Of a stretch of 64,000 nucleotides of DNA, positions 29,893 through 39,661 are shown piece after piece. The position numbers and the translations under genes are program-made. The stretch spans positions 832,001 through 896,000 of the forward strand of contig JAXHMG010000003.1 of the NCBI GenBank assembly GCA_034521595.1, written 5' to 3'. The stretch's first letter is position 1, and each line of letters begins with the position of its first letter. The notes under the pieces were generated by a model that was given only the letters and a program-made list of their open reading frames with translations, made no database searches and was not told the origin of the DNA. The DNA comes from Gemmatimonadota bacterium. GTDB taxonomy: Bacteria; Gemmatimonadota; Gemmatimonadetes; Longimicrobiales; Gaopeijiaceae.

Positions 29893-31442
29893 TGGGCCAC
29901 GAGCACGACAAGGTCCTCATCCTCGATTTCGGGTCACAGTTCACGCAGCTCATCGCCCGGCGGATCCGGGAGGAGCACGTGTATTGCGAGATTCATCCGC
30001 CGACGCGCTCCCTCGCATGGATCCGTGAATGGGGTCCGAAGGCGGTGATCCTGAGCGGCGGACCCTCTTCCGTTTACGACGACGACGTCCCGGGAATCGA
30101 CGCGGATCTGCTGCATTCTGGCTTCCCCGTGCTCGGGATCTGTTACGGGATGCAGTTGATCGCCCGGCTCGAAGGTGCTGAAGTGGAGCAGGGACGCCGT
30201 GAGTACGGCCGGGCCGAGCTCGCCGTGACCGCCGCCCGTGATCTGTTCCAGGGCTTCGATACAGGAGAGTCGACCACGGTGTGGTGCTCCCACGGTGACC
30301 ACGTGCTGGAGCCGCCTCCCGGGTACGAGTCCCTCGCCTCCACGAAGGGCCTGCCGGTCGCGGCGTTCGCCGACCGGTCACGGGGCATCTACGGGGTACA
30401 GTTCCATCCGGAGGTGGCGCACACGCATCGCGGCGACGAGATCCTGTCGAACTTCCTCTTCGAAGTCGCCGGCTGTAGGCCGACCTGGACGGCCGGCGCG
30501 TTCATCGAGGACACCGTCGAGCGGATCCGCGCGCATATCGGCGACCGCAAGGCGATTTGCGGTTTGTCGGGTGGCGTGGACTCTTCCGTCGCCGCCGTGC
30601 TCGTCCATCAGGCGATCGGAGATCGGCTCACGTGCATCTTCGTGGATCACGGCCTCCTGCGGAAACACGAGCGGGAGCAGGTGGAGCGGATGTTCCGGAA
30701 CCACTACGACATGCGCTTGATCGTCGAGGATGCCTCGGAAGCCTTTCTGGGTGACCTGGAGGGTACCTCCGATCCCGAGGAGAAGCGCCGGGTCATCGGA
30801 AACCGGTTCATCGAGGTGTTCAAGGCGACGGCCGAGCGGGAGGGGACCGACGCGAGCTTCCTGGTGCAGGGCACGCTGTATCCGGACGTGATCGAATCCG
30901 TTTCGGCGGGTGGCCCTTCGGTCACCATCAAGACCCATCACAACGTCGGAGGACTGCCGGACGAGTTGCCGTTCGAACTCGTCGAGCCCCTGCGCGAGCT
31001 CTTCAAGGATGAGGTCCGTCAGGTCGGTCGCGAGCTCGGGCTGCCGGAGGACTTCGTCGGCCGCCATCCGTTCCCCGGCCCGGGGCTCGCCATCCGGATC
31101 CTCGGGGACGTGACGCCCGAGCGGCTCGCGATGTTGCGTGAGGCGGACGCCATATATCTGGAGGAGATCCGCGAGGCTGGGCTCTACGACGAGATCTGGC
31201 AAGCATTCGCGGTGCTGCTTCCCGTCCACTCGGTGGGTGTCATGGGGGACGCCCGCACCTACGAGAGCGTGTTGGCCCTTCGGGCCGTCACCTCCCGTGA
31301 CGGGATGACCGCCGACTGGTATCCGTTCCCCCACGAGGTGCTCGCGAGGATCTCGACTCGGATCATCAATGAAGTTCCTGGCGTGAACCGGGTCACCTAT
31401 GACGTCAGCTCGAAACCCCCGGCTACGATCGAGTGGGAGTAG
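29892..31442 (+). CDS. guaA: GMP synthase (glutamine-hydrolysing)
   Basis: [44 protein letters not shown]. Confidence 0.97.
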   Translation: MGHEHDKVLILDFGSQFTQLIARRIREEHVYCEIHPPTRSLAWIREWGPKAVILSGGPSSVYDDDVPGIDADLLHSGFPVLGICYGMQLIARLEGAEVEQGRREYGRAELAVTAARDLFQGFDTGESTTVWCSHGDHVLEPPPGYESLASTKGLPVAAFADRSRGIYGVQFHPEVAHTHRGDEILSNFLFEVAGCRPTWTAGAFIEDTVERIRAHIGDRKAICGLSGGVDSSVAAVLVHQAIGDRLTCIFVDHGLLRKHEREQVERMFRNHYDMRLIVEDASEAFLGDLEGTSDPEEKRRVIGNRFIEVFKATAEREGTDASFLVQGTLYPDVIESVSAGGPSVTIKTHHNVGGLPDELPFELVEPLRELFKDEVRQVGRELGLPEDFVGRHPFPGPGLAIRILGDVTPERLAMLREADAIYLEEIREAGLYDEIWQAFAVLLPVHSVGVMGDARTYESVLALRAVTSRDGMTADWYPFPHEVLARISTRIINEVPGVNRVTYDVSSKPPATIEWE

Positions 31443-31830
31443 AGGTTACCGCGTCGGCCTCGATCTCGATGAGCATGTCGGGATGGATCAGGCGGCTCAC
31501 CTCGACCATGGTGGTGGTGGGGCGGGAATCCCCGAAGAACTCCGAATGAGCGCGGCCGAACTCCTCCCAACGACTGATATCCGTCACGAACATCCGAGTG
31601 CGTACCACGTGCTCGGCGCCGGCGTCGAGCTCCGCCAGCGCATCCGCGATGATCCGGAGGCAGCGCGCCGCCTGGGCATAACCGTCTCCAGGCGCGTGCA
31701 CCGAGCCGTCGGGCTCGAGCGCGGCCGTTCCGGTCACGAAGACGAGGTTGCCGGCGCGGAGGGCGCGGCAGTATCCGACGTGGGCCTCCCACGGGGCCCC
31801 GGAGTACACGCGGTGGAACGTCATTTGCAT
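31423..31830 (-). CDS. RidA/YjgF family protein
   Basis: [48 protein letters not shown]. Confidence 0.9.
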   Translation of the reverse strand: MQMTFHRVYSGAPWEAHVGYCRALRAGNLVFVTGTAALEPDGSVHAPGDGYAQAARCLRIIADALAELDAGAEHVVRTRMFVTDISRWEEFGRAHSEFFGDSRPTTTMVEVSRLIHPDMLIEIEADAVTSTPTRS

Positions 31831-31897
31831 CTTCCATGGTAGAAGTCCGGGGCCGGCACGATGCCCGCCGCTACCCACCGTCATCAAGGAGAGTTCC

Positions 31898-32497
31898 GTG
31901 GTCCGTTCACTGCTCGTCGCCCTCTTCGCGCTGGTTCTCGCGACGCCCGCCTCGGCCCAGATCGCGTGGGACAGCCCTTCGTTCATCAGCCCCGTCGCAC
32001 CCGCGGGCTTGAGCCTCTTCTTCCTGCGGGCCGACGCGGAACGCCTCGGTGCCCTCGGCACGTACCGGCACGACGCCGGTGCCCTAGGCCTCGGTTATCG
32101 ATTCGCGGTCACGGAAGAGCGCGGTCCGGAAGACGTCGCGGTCGCCGGTGGGGTGGACGTTTCGGGATTCCTGGCCCGGGGCATCGAGGACGCCGACGTG
32201 GACGTGGTGTGGTGGTCGGGTCTGGGCGCGGGTATCGGGAACGAGACGGTCGTGAGCGTGCCGCTGGGGCTGATCGTCGGCTGGAGCGGTGAGTCCGACA
32301 CCGGCGTCATCTTCAGCCCCTACGGGGGTGGGCACGTCGCGCTGGACTTCGTCTCCGGACCGGGGGACAACGTCGACTTCCAGGGAGCCGTCGATCTCGG
32401 AACCGACATCGTGCTCAACTCCGGGTGGATGATCCGGTTCGGGGCGACCCTGGGAGACCGGGAAGCGCTCGCGCTGGGATTCAAGATTCCGAACTGA
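31898..32497 (+). CDS. Exported protein, possible small outer-membrane beta-barrel
   Basis: AAGGAG RBS, signal peptide (ASA-Q), alternating hydrophobic Gly/aromatic strands, ends LGFKIPN. Confidence 0.6.
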   Translation: MVRSLLVALFALVLATPASAQIAWDSPSFISPVAPAGLSLFFLRADAERLGALGTYRHDAGALGLGYRFAVTEERGPEDVAVAGGVDVSGFLARGIEDADVDVVWWSGLGAGIGNETVVSVPLGLIVGWSGESDTGVIFSPYGGGHVALDFVSGPGDNVDFQGAVDLGTDIVLNSGWMIRFGATLGDREALALGFKIPN

Positions 32498-32601
32498 GCG
32501 GCGGCCGGAGTCGATCCGGCGTACACGGCCGCGTACCGGCGACACGAGCAGCGTGGTAACCACCGCCGAAACGGGCCGCGGAAGAGGCTCGCCCGGCTCG
32601 C

Positions 32602-32943
32602 TCAGGGGGACGGCTCGACCGGCTCCGGCGGGACCGAGTCGAGGCGGACCTCGATCTCGTTCCAGAGATCGCGCATGAAGTCGAGGTCTCGGCCGCGGGC
32701 GTCCACGTAGTCCAAGAGCGTCTCTTCCGTGACGTCGTGACGCTCGAGGATCGCGTTTCGGGTGCTGTCCGTCAGCACTCCGTCCTCGTCGCGAAGTGCC
32801 GCGGCTCGCAGGTCCACGTAGGCGTCGATGAAGCCTTCACGGGTGAGCTCGCCCGACGCCCGTTCCGAGCCGTTCCCACAGGCCCACCCGACCAGGACGA
32901 AGGCGCATGCGGCGCAGACGATGAGAAACAGGCGGATCGGCAT
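32602..32943 (-). CDS. Putative lipoprotein (DUF4296-like helical protein)
   Basis: Hydrophobic N-terminus ending GWAC; FIDAYVDL...ILERHDVT...LWNEIEVRL. Confidence 0.5.
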   Translation of the reverse strand: MPIRLFLIVCAACAFVLVGWACGNGSERASGELTREGFIDAYVDLRAAALRDEDGVLTDSTRNAILERHDVTEETLLDYVDARGRDLDFMRDLWNEIEVRLDSVPPEPVEPSP

Positions 32944-33039
32944 GGTCTGTGCTCAGCAGGGGTGCGTGCGACAAGGGCGACTTCCATGCAAATTAGAACA
33001 CGCGAACGCGCCACGTCCAAGCCGAGAAGTGAGACAACC

Positions 33040-34482
33040 ATGAAGCTGCAGAAGCCGATCTTGTTCGCCTCGCTGCTGGCCGTGACCGCGTGCGCGGTGA
33101 ATCCGGCCACTGGCCGTCGCGAGCTCTCCCTGGTGAGCGAAGCCGGCGAGATCGAGATGGGGCGGGAGGCCGACCCCCAGATCCGCGCCCAAATGGGGTT
33201 GGTCGAGAACGAGGCGCTCCAGAGCTACGTCTCGGATATGGGGCTCCGCCTCGCGTCCGTGTCCGAACGACCCGACCTGCCGTGGACGTTCCACGTCGTC
33301 GATGAGCCGGGCGTCAACGCGTTCGCGCTCCCCGGGGGCTTCATCTACGTGACCCGTGGCATCCTGGCGCACTTCGACTCCGAAGCCGAGCTGGCCGGCG
33401 TGCTCGGACACGAGATCGGTCACGTCACCGCCCGCCACTCGGTGTCGCAGATGAGCCGCCAGCAGCTCCAGCAGATCGGCCTCGGGGTCGGCATGGTGCT
33501 TTCGGAGGACGTGCGCCAGCTCGGCGGGCTCCTCAGCGCCGGCATGCAGCTCATCAATCTCAGGTACTCCAGGGGTGACGAGACGCAGTCCGACGAGCTG
33601 GGGCTTCGATACGTCTCCCTTGTGGGGTACGATCCCACGGCCATGATCGGGGTATTCGAGATGTTGGCTCAGGCCGGCGGGAGCGGACAGGAGGAAGGTC
33701 GGATTCCGGAGTGGCAGCTCACCCATCCGTATCCCGAGAACCGCGCCGACAACATTCGGGCACGCATCGCCGAGGAGGGGCTCGATAGGTCGGGCACGGT
33801 CGCGCGCGACGCGTACCTGGACCGGATCGACGGCATGGTGTTCGGTGAGGATCCGCGGCAGGGATATTTCAAAGGATCACGGTTCGTACATCCCGAGCTC
33901 GCCTTCGACCTCACCTTTCCGGAGGGGTGGCGCACCATCAACCAGCGGTCCGTCGTCGCCGCCATCGAGCCGTCCGAGCAGGCCGTGATCACGCTCCAGG
34001 TGGCGGAGGACACGAACGCGCCCGCCGAAGCTCTGCGCGAGTTCCTGTCGCAGGAGGGCATCACGAGCGGTCCGGTCCGGGAGGACGGGACCGGCGGGAT
34101 CGAGCGGGCACGGGCCGAGTTCGAGGCGACGACGGAGGAAGGAACCGTCCGTGGCGAGGTGGCGTTCATCAGGCATGAAGACGTTGCCTACCGTCTGCTG
34201 GGATATGCTCCGAACGCGTCGGCCTGGGGCGGGCAAGCACAGAATGTGGCGGCGACGATCTCGAGCTTCCAGCCGCTCACGGACGCGGCGATTCTCGGGG
34301 TGGAGCCCTGGACCATCGAGATTCGCACGTTGTCGGAGGCTACGTCGCTCATGCGCTACGCGGCGGAGCATGCCTCCCCGGTCGAGCTCGAGGACCTCGC
34401 GCGCCTCAACCGTGTGACACCCGAAGAGGTGCTCTCGAGCGGCGCGCGCATCAAATGGGTCGTCGGTGCACCGCTTCCGTAG
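33040..34482 (+). CDS. M48 family zinc metalloprotease lipoprotein (BepA/YfgC-like N-domain)
   Basis: Lipobox VTAC, NAFALPGG, HEIGH, YSRGDETQSD, THP; LysM-like tail (LARLN). Confidence 0.9.
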   Translation: MKLQKPILFASLLAVTACAVNPATGRRELSLVSEAGEIEMGREADPQIRAQMGLVENEALQSYVSDMGLRLASVSERPDLPWTFHVVDEPGVNAFALPGGFIYVTRGILAHFDSEAELAGVLGHEIGHVTARHSVSQMSRQQLQQIGLGVGMVLSEDVRQLGGLLSAGMQLINLRYSRGDETQSDELGLRYVSLVGYDPTAMIGVFEMLAQAGGSGQEEGRIPEWQLTHPYPENRADNIRARIAEEGLDRSGTVARDAYLDRIDGMVFGEDPRQGYFKGSRFVHPELAFDLTFPEGWRTINQRSVVAAIEPSEQAVITLQVAEDTNAPAEALREFLSQEGITSGPVREDGTGGIERARAEFEATTEEGTVRGEVAFIRHEDVAYRLLGYAPNASAWGGQAQNVAATISSFQPLTDAAILGVEPWTIEIRTLSEATSLMRYAAEHASPVELEDLARLNRVTPEEVLSSGARIKWVVGAPLP

Positions 34483-34601
34483 GGTGTTGGACGGCTAAAT
34501 CCATTCTGGCCCGGAACTTGAGTCTTTATAGGGTGCGAACGATGCGCGGCTGCCGAAATGGCAGCCAGCAGTGGTGAAACCCGAGGCCGAGAGACCGAGC
34601 G

Positions 34602-37241
34602 ATGCTGAATGCCGACAAACTGACCGTGAAATCCGCCGAAGCCCTCCAGGCAGCGAGCGCGGAGGCGCGACAGCGCGGAAATGCCGAAGTTCATGGAGTC
34701 CACCTCCTTCAGGCCCTGCTCGCGCAGGAAGACGGCATCGTCGTTCCGATTCTCCAGAAGCTCGAAGTGCCGGTGGGGTTGGTGCGGGAGCGTGCCGTCG
34801 AGGCCCTCGACCGCATGGCCCGGGTCGAAGGTGGGCCCGAGCCACAGATCTCCAGGGACCTCCGGGCCGCGCTCGAGGCGGCACAGGACGTCGCTCGGGA
34901 GCTCGGGGACGAGTACGTATCAACCGAGCACCTCCTGCTCGGGTTGACCGGAGAAAAGGACGATGCCGGGCGCATCCTTCGTGACGCCGGCGCGACGCTC
35001 TCGGAGGTCCGCGCCGCCACCGACGCCGTGCGGGGCTCCCACCGGGTCACCGACCAGACCCCCGAGGAGAGCTTCCAGGCGCTGGAGCGGTACTCGAGGG
35101 ATCTGACGGAACAGGCCCGGCGCGGAAAGCTGGATCCGGTGATCGGACGGGACGAGGAGATCCGCCGGGTGATCAAGGTCCTCGCCCGTCGGACGAAGAA
35201 CAACCCGGTTCTCATCGGAGAGCCCGGTGTCGGAAAGACGGCGATCGCCGAAGGGCTCGCGCAGCGCATGGTCGAAGGAGACATCCCGACGTCGCTGTCG
35301 AACAAAAAGCTCGTTCAGCTCGATATCTCGGCCATGTTGGCAGGGGCCAAGTACCGGGGAGAGTTCGAGGAGCGGATGAAGGCGGTGCTCAAGGAGATCA
35401 CCGAAGCCGAGGGACGTTACGTGGTCTTCATCGACGAGATGCACACGATCGTCGGGGCCGGTGCCGCCGAGGGCGCGGTCGATGCCGGGAACATGCTGAA
35501 GCCCGCGCTCGCGCGTGGGGAGCTCCACGTGGTCGGTGCGACCACGCTCGACGAGTACCGGAAGCATGTCGAGAAGGATCCGGCGCTGGAGCGCCGCTTC
35601 CAGCCGGTCTTCGTGGCGCCGCCTTCGGTCGAGGACGCGGTGGCGATCCTCCGGGGGCTGAAAGAACGCTACGAGGTGCACCACGGGGTTCGCATCACGG
35701 ACAACGCGGTGATCGCGGCGGCGAAGCTGTCGGACCGGTACATCGGGGGGCGTTTCCTCCCGGATAAGGCGATCGACCTCATCGACGAGGCGGGGAGCCG
35801 CCTGCGCATCGAGATCGACTCTCTGCCGCAGGAGATCGACGAGGTGGAGCGTCGTATCGTTCAGCTCGAGATCGAGCGCCAGGCGCTGCAGAAGGAGAGC
35901 GGAGCCGCGGCGACGGAGCGGCGTGACGCCATCGAGGAAGAGCTCGCGGAATTGCGCGAGAAGAGTCAGAGCATGAAGGCGCGGTGGCAGTCGGAGAAGG
36001 ACGTCATCGACGAGATCCAAACGCTCCGGAGCCGGGTCGACGAGCTGCGCTCGGAGGCCGACCGGGCGACGCGCACGGGAGACCTCAACCGGGCCGCCGA
36101 GATCAACTACGGAGAGATTCCGGAGGCCGAAGCCAAGGTCGAGGAGCTCTCCTCACGGCTGGCCGAGCTCCAAGAGGAGCAGAAGTTCCTCCGTGAAGAG
36201 GTGGAGGCCGACGACATCGCGGCGGTGGTCGCCGAGTGGACGGGCATTCCGGTTTCCAGGTTGCTCGAATCCGAGCGGCAGCGTCTGACCCACCTCGAGG
36301 ACCACCTCGGCCTCCGGGTCGTCGGGCAACAGGAAGCGGTCACAGCGGTCTCGAACGCGGTGCGCCGGTCCCGTGCCGGACTTCAGGATCCGAATCGGCC
36401 GGTGGGCTCGTTCGTCTTCCTCGGCCCGACCGGAGTGGGTAAGACGGAGACGGCGCGCGCGCTCGCGGAGTTCATCTTCGACGACGAGCGGGCCATGGTC
36501 CGGATCGACATGTCGGAGTACATGGAAAAGCACGCCGTCGCACGTCTGATCGGCGCCCCTCCGGGCTACGTGGGCTTCGAGGAGGGCGGTCAGTTGACCG
36601 AGGCCGTGCGCCGCCGGCCCCACGCGGTCATCCTCTTCGACGAGATCGAGAAGGCCCATTCGGATGTGTTCAACGTCCTGCTCCAGATCCTCGACGACGG
36701 GCGGCTGACGGACGCGCACGGGCGAACGGTCGACTTCCGCAACGTCGTCATCATCATGACGTCCAACATCGGGAGCCAGCACATCCTGGCCGCCGGACCG
36801 GAGGGCGACTGGGACGCCGTCGAACACGAAGTGAGGGAGCAACTCCACCATCACTTCCGGCCGGAGTTCCTGAACCGGATCGACGACATCGTCGTGTTCC
36901 GGCCGCTCAGCGCCGAGGACCTACGCAAGATCGTCGACCTTCAGCTCGAGTGGGTCGTGTCGCTCGCGCACGAAGCCGGAGCGGAGCTCGAGATCACGGA
37001 CCGTGCGAGAGACTACCTCGCGGAAGCAGGCTACGACCCGGTGTTCGGCGCACGACCGCTGAAGCGAGCCATTCAGCGCTCACTCCAGGACCCGCTCGCC
37101 CTGTTCCTCTTGGATGCGGAGATCGAGGAGGGAACACGGATCGTGGCCGACCTCGACGAGCAGGGGAGCGGCCTGACGCTGTCCGCGACCCGGGAGCGGT
37201 CCGAGGCCGAGGAACCCGATCCGGTCGGGGCGGCCGAATGA
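34602..37241 (+). CDS. clpB: ATP-dependent chaperone ClpB
   Basis: Two AAA+ modules ([16 protein letters not shown]), long coiled-coil M-domain, no IGF/LGF ClpP-docking loop seen. Confidence 0.96.
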   Translation: MLNADKLTVKSAEALQAASAEARQRGNAEVHGVHLLQALLAQEDGIVVPILQKLEVPVGLVRERAVEALDRMARVEGGPEPQISRDLRAALEAAQDVARELGDEYVSTEHLLLGLTGEKDDAGRILRDAGATLSEVRAATDAVRGSHRVTDQTPEESFQALERYSRDLTEQARRGKLDPVIGRDEEIRRVIKVLARRTKNNPVLIGEPGVGKTAIAEGLAQRMVEGDIPTSLSNKKLVQLDISAMLAGAKYRGEFEERMKAVLKEITEAEGRYVVFIDEMHTIVGAGAAEGAVDAGNMLKPALARGELHVVGATTLDEYRKHVEKDPALERRFQPVFVAPPSVEDAVAILRGLKERYEVHHGVRITDNAVIAAAKLSDRYIGGRFLPDKAIDLIDEAGSRLRIEIDSLPQEIDEVERRIVQLEIERQALQKESGAAATERRDAIEEELAELREKSQSMKARWQSEKDVIDEIQTLRSRVDELRSEADRATRTGDLNRAAEINYGEIPEAEAKVEELSSRLAELQEEQKFLREEVEADDIAAVVAEWTGIPVSRLLESERQRLTHLEDHLGLRVVGQQEAVTAVSNAVRRSRAGLQDPNRPVGSFVFLGPTGVGKTETARALAEFIFDDERAMVRIDMSEYMEKHAVARLIGAPPGYVGFEEGGQLTEAVRRRPHAVILFDEIEKAHSDVFNVLLQILDDGRLTDAHGRTVDFRNVVIIMTSNIGSQHILAAGPEGDWDAVEHEVREQLHHHFRPEFLNRIDDIVVFRPLSAEDLRKIVDLQLEWVVSLAHEAGAELEITDRARDYLAEAGYDPVFGARPLKRAIQRSLQDPLALFLLDAEIEEGTRIVADLDEQGSGLTLSATRERSEAEEPDPVGAAE

Positions 37242-37332
37242 CGGCTCTGGTCAAGGGGTTCTCCGGGCTTCCGACACGGAAGGTTTTTCCCGAGATTCGG
37301 ATGGGTGATTCACCGAGCACGGAGAGCGCGCG

Positions 37333-37839
37333 ATGACCGCAGGGCGCAACTGGTTCCTGCTGTGGGCGGTCGTGATGGTCACGGCCTGTTCCTCGACACA
37401 GGGTGGGGTGAATCCGGCCACGGCCGTCGAGCCGCAGCTCTCCGTCGAGCGCTTCCTGCAGGCGGTGAACACCCGGGACCTCGAAGCCATGGGGCGCCTG
37501 TTCGGTACGGCGGATGGCCCTTTGGGTGATACGGGGAGCACGATCGGATGTGCGTTCAAGAAGATCGGATCCTGGTTCGGCGGGGAAGCCTGCCGGAGCC
37601 GCCAGGAAATCGAGCTACGCCTGGACGCGATCGCTTCGATCCTCGAACACCAGGACTACACGGTCACCCGGCAGCAGCGGGTCGCGGGGCGGCGGCATCC
37701 GACCAGCCGCGTGCTCGTCGATCTGGTCATGGACGAGGAGCGTGTGGTGCGTGGCGTCCCGTTCGTCGTGGTGAACGGTGGTAATGGGCGGTGGTTCGTC
37801 GAAGAGGTCGATCTCGAGTTGGTCATGGAGGGCGCATGA
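37333..37839 (+). CDS. Putative lipoprotein of unknown function
   Basis: Lipobox VTAC; VERFLQAVNTRDLEAMGRLFG suggests an NTF2/SnoaL-like start; ends WFVEEVDL. Confidence 0.65.
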   Translation: MTAGRNWFLLWAVVMVTACSSTQGGVNPATAVEPQLSVERFLQAVNTRDLEAMGRLFGTADGPLGDTGSTIGCAFKKIGSWFGGEACRSRQEIELRLDAIASILEHQDYTVTRQQRVAGRRHPTSRVLVDLVMDEERVVRGVPFVVVNGGNGRWFVEEVDLELVMEGA

Positions 37840-37853
37840 CGCTCCTCCGGGCG

Positions 37854-38264
37854 TCAGGAGTCCCGCTGAACCAATTCGACGAGCACGCCACCGGTGCTCG
37901 AGGGGTGGAGGAACGCCACCAGGCCGTGCGCACCCGGGCGCGGCGACTCGTCGATGAGGCGCATGCCCTGGTCGCGCGCACGCTCCATCTCGCGCTCGAT
38001 GTCGGTCGTGCGGTAGGCGACGTGATGCAGGCCGGGACCGCGCTTCGCCAGGAAACGGCCTACAGTGGTATCGGGGCCCGTCGGTTCGAGGAGCTCCATC
38101 ATCCCGACGAAGGCCACGCGGACGCCCTGGCCCTCGATCGTCGTCGGGGTGGAACATGTCTCCCTCGACAAGGATTCATAGTAGGTACGGTGTTCCTCGA
38201 TGGAAGGAACCGCGACGGCCACGTGATCGAGTGGCAGCGTCGCTGGTAGATTTTGCATCACCAT
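37854..38264 (-). CDS. mce: Methylmalonyl-CoA epimerase-like VOC protein
   Basis: LDHVAVAV, QGVRVAF, ELLEP, FLAKRGPGLHHVAY, GAHG..AFLHP..TGGVLVELVQ. Confidence 0.85.
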   Translation of the reverse strand: MVMQNLPATLPLDHVAVAVPSIEEHRTYYESLSRETCSTPTTIEGQGVRVAFVGMMELLEPTGPDTTVGRFLAKRGPGLHHVAYRTTDIEREMERARDQGMRLIDESPRPGAHGLVAFLHPSSTGGVLVELVQRDS

Positions 38265-38343
38265 TAGTCCTGTGCGGTTGGAGTGCGGGGCCCTGGGCTC
38301 GATCGCGAGGCGACGAGCCCATCCAAGCTAAAGGAGAAATCAG

Positions 38344-38679
38344 ATGGCCACGAGTGACGCGATTCTCGAAGTCACCGACAACAACTTCGTTTCGGAGATC
38401 GAGCAGGGCGAGGGCCTCCATATGGTCGACTTCTGGGCCACGTGGTGTGGCCCGTGTCGTATGGTGGCGCCCATCGTCAGCGAGCTCGCCGGAGAGTATC
38501 AGGATAAAGGTTTGCGGGTCGGAAAGCTCGATGTCGACTCGAATCCCAGCACCACGGCGCGCTTCCGCGTGACCTCCATCCCGAGTGTTCTCTTCTTCAA
38601 GGGCGGGGAGCTCGTGGACCGCGTGGTCGGGGCCGTCCCGCGGCCGCAGCTCGAAGAGAAGATCAAGGAGCACTTGTAA
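38344..38679 (+). CDS. trxA: Thioredoxin
   Basis: DFWATWCGPC, SIP cis-Pro motif; AAGGAG RBS. Confidence 0.96.
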   Translation: MATSDAILEVTDNNFVSEIEQGEGLHMVDFWATWCGPCRMVAPIVSELAGEYQDKGLRVGKLDVDSNPSTTARFRVTSIPSVLFFKGGELVDRVVGAVPRPQLEEKIKEHL

Positions 38680-38709
38680 CGGCGCCAGGCCCTCGCCATG
38701 GCCGTGAAA

Positions 38710-38761
38710 GACGCGCGCCCGGGATGCCCGACATGGAGAGGCGTCCCGGGCGCGTCGTTTT
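38710..38761 (+). terminator. Intrinsic terminator after trxA
   Basis: GCGCCCGGGATGCC / GGCGTCCCGGGCGC stem followed by GTTTT. Confidence 0.7.
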
Positions 38762-38794
38762 CCGAGCGGGGCGGCGCCCGCTATCTTACCCGGT

Positions 38795-39661
38795 GTGTCC
38801 ACGCTCTACTTGGTCAGCACCCCGATCGGCAATCTCGGGGACTTCACGCCCCGGGCCGCCGAAACCCTCACGGCCGTTTCGCGCATTCTCGCCGAGGATA
38901 CCCGGCGCAGCCGCGTGCTGGCGGATCGTGCCGGATCGACGGCTCCTTTGGTTTCGCTCCACCAGCACAACGAGCGGGAGCGGATCGAGCGCATCCTCGA
39001 GTGGATGAGCCGTGGGGAAGATCTCGCCCTGGTTTCCGACGCCGGCACTCCCATCGTGTCCGATCCCGGAGGGCGGGTGGTCACGGCGGTGCTCGCCGCC
39101 GGCCACGACGTGGTGCCCATCCCCGGGCCGAGCGCCGTCTTGGCGGCGTTGGCGGCGTCCGGCTTGCCGGGGGAGCGCTTCACGTTCCTCGGGTTTCCGG
39201 ATCGGAAGGGGGCGGCGCGCCGCGACCTCGTTCGTAGGATCGCGCGCAGCACGGAAACGGTGGTGCTCTTCGAGTCCCCCGTCCGGGTACCCCGGCTTCT
39301 CGTCGACCTCCTCGAGGCGTGCGGCGCGGACCGGCGCGTTGCCGTGGCGCGCGAGCTGACCAAGGTCCACGAGACGATCTTGCGTGGAACCCTCCGGGAA
39401 GCGGTCGCCTACTATGAAGAGACACCGCCGAAGGGAGAGGTCACGTTGGTGGTCGAGGGTGTACCGGCCGAGCAGCCCGCGCCCCTGGATGAGGAGTGGG
39501 TGCGCGAGCAGGCACGTGAGCTCCTCGATGGCGGGATGCGGCCGTCGAGAGCGGCGCGCGAGTTGGCGCGCCGCTTCGAGGTGGGCCGTAACGACGCGTA
39601 CCGTATCGTGCACTCCGTGACGGATGCGCAAGCGCCGGGGGACGGTCCCGAACAGGAATGA
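38795..39661 (+). CDS. rsmI: 16S rRNA (cytidine1402-2'-O)-methyltransferase
   Basis: LYLVSTPIGNLGD, AEDTR, VSDAGTPIVSDPG, PGPSA, ARELTKVHE. Confidence 0.96.
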   Translation: MSTLYLVSTPIGNLGDFTPRAAETLTAVSRILAEDTRRSRVLADRAGSTAPLVSLHQHNERERIERILEWMSRGEDLALVSDAGTPIVSDPGGRVVTAVLAAGHDVVPIPGPSAVLAALAASGLPGERFTFLGFPDRKGAARRDLVRRIARSTETVVLFESPVRVPRLLVDLLEACGADRRVAVARELTKVHETILRGTLREAVAYYEETPPKGEVTLVVEGVPAEQPAPLDEEWVREQARELLDGGMRPSRAARELARRFEVGRNDAYRIVHSVTDAQAPGDGPEQE

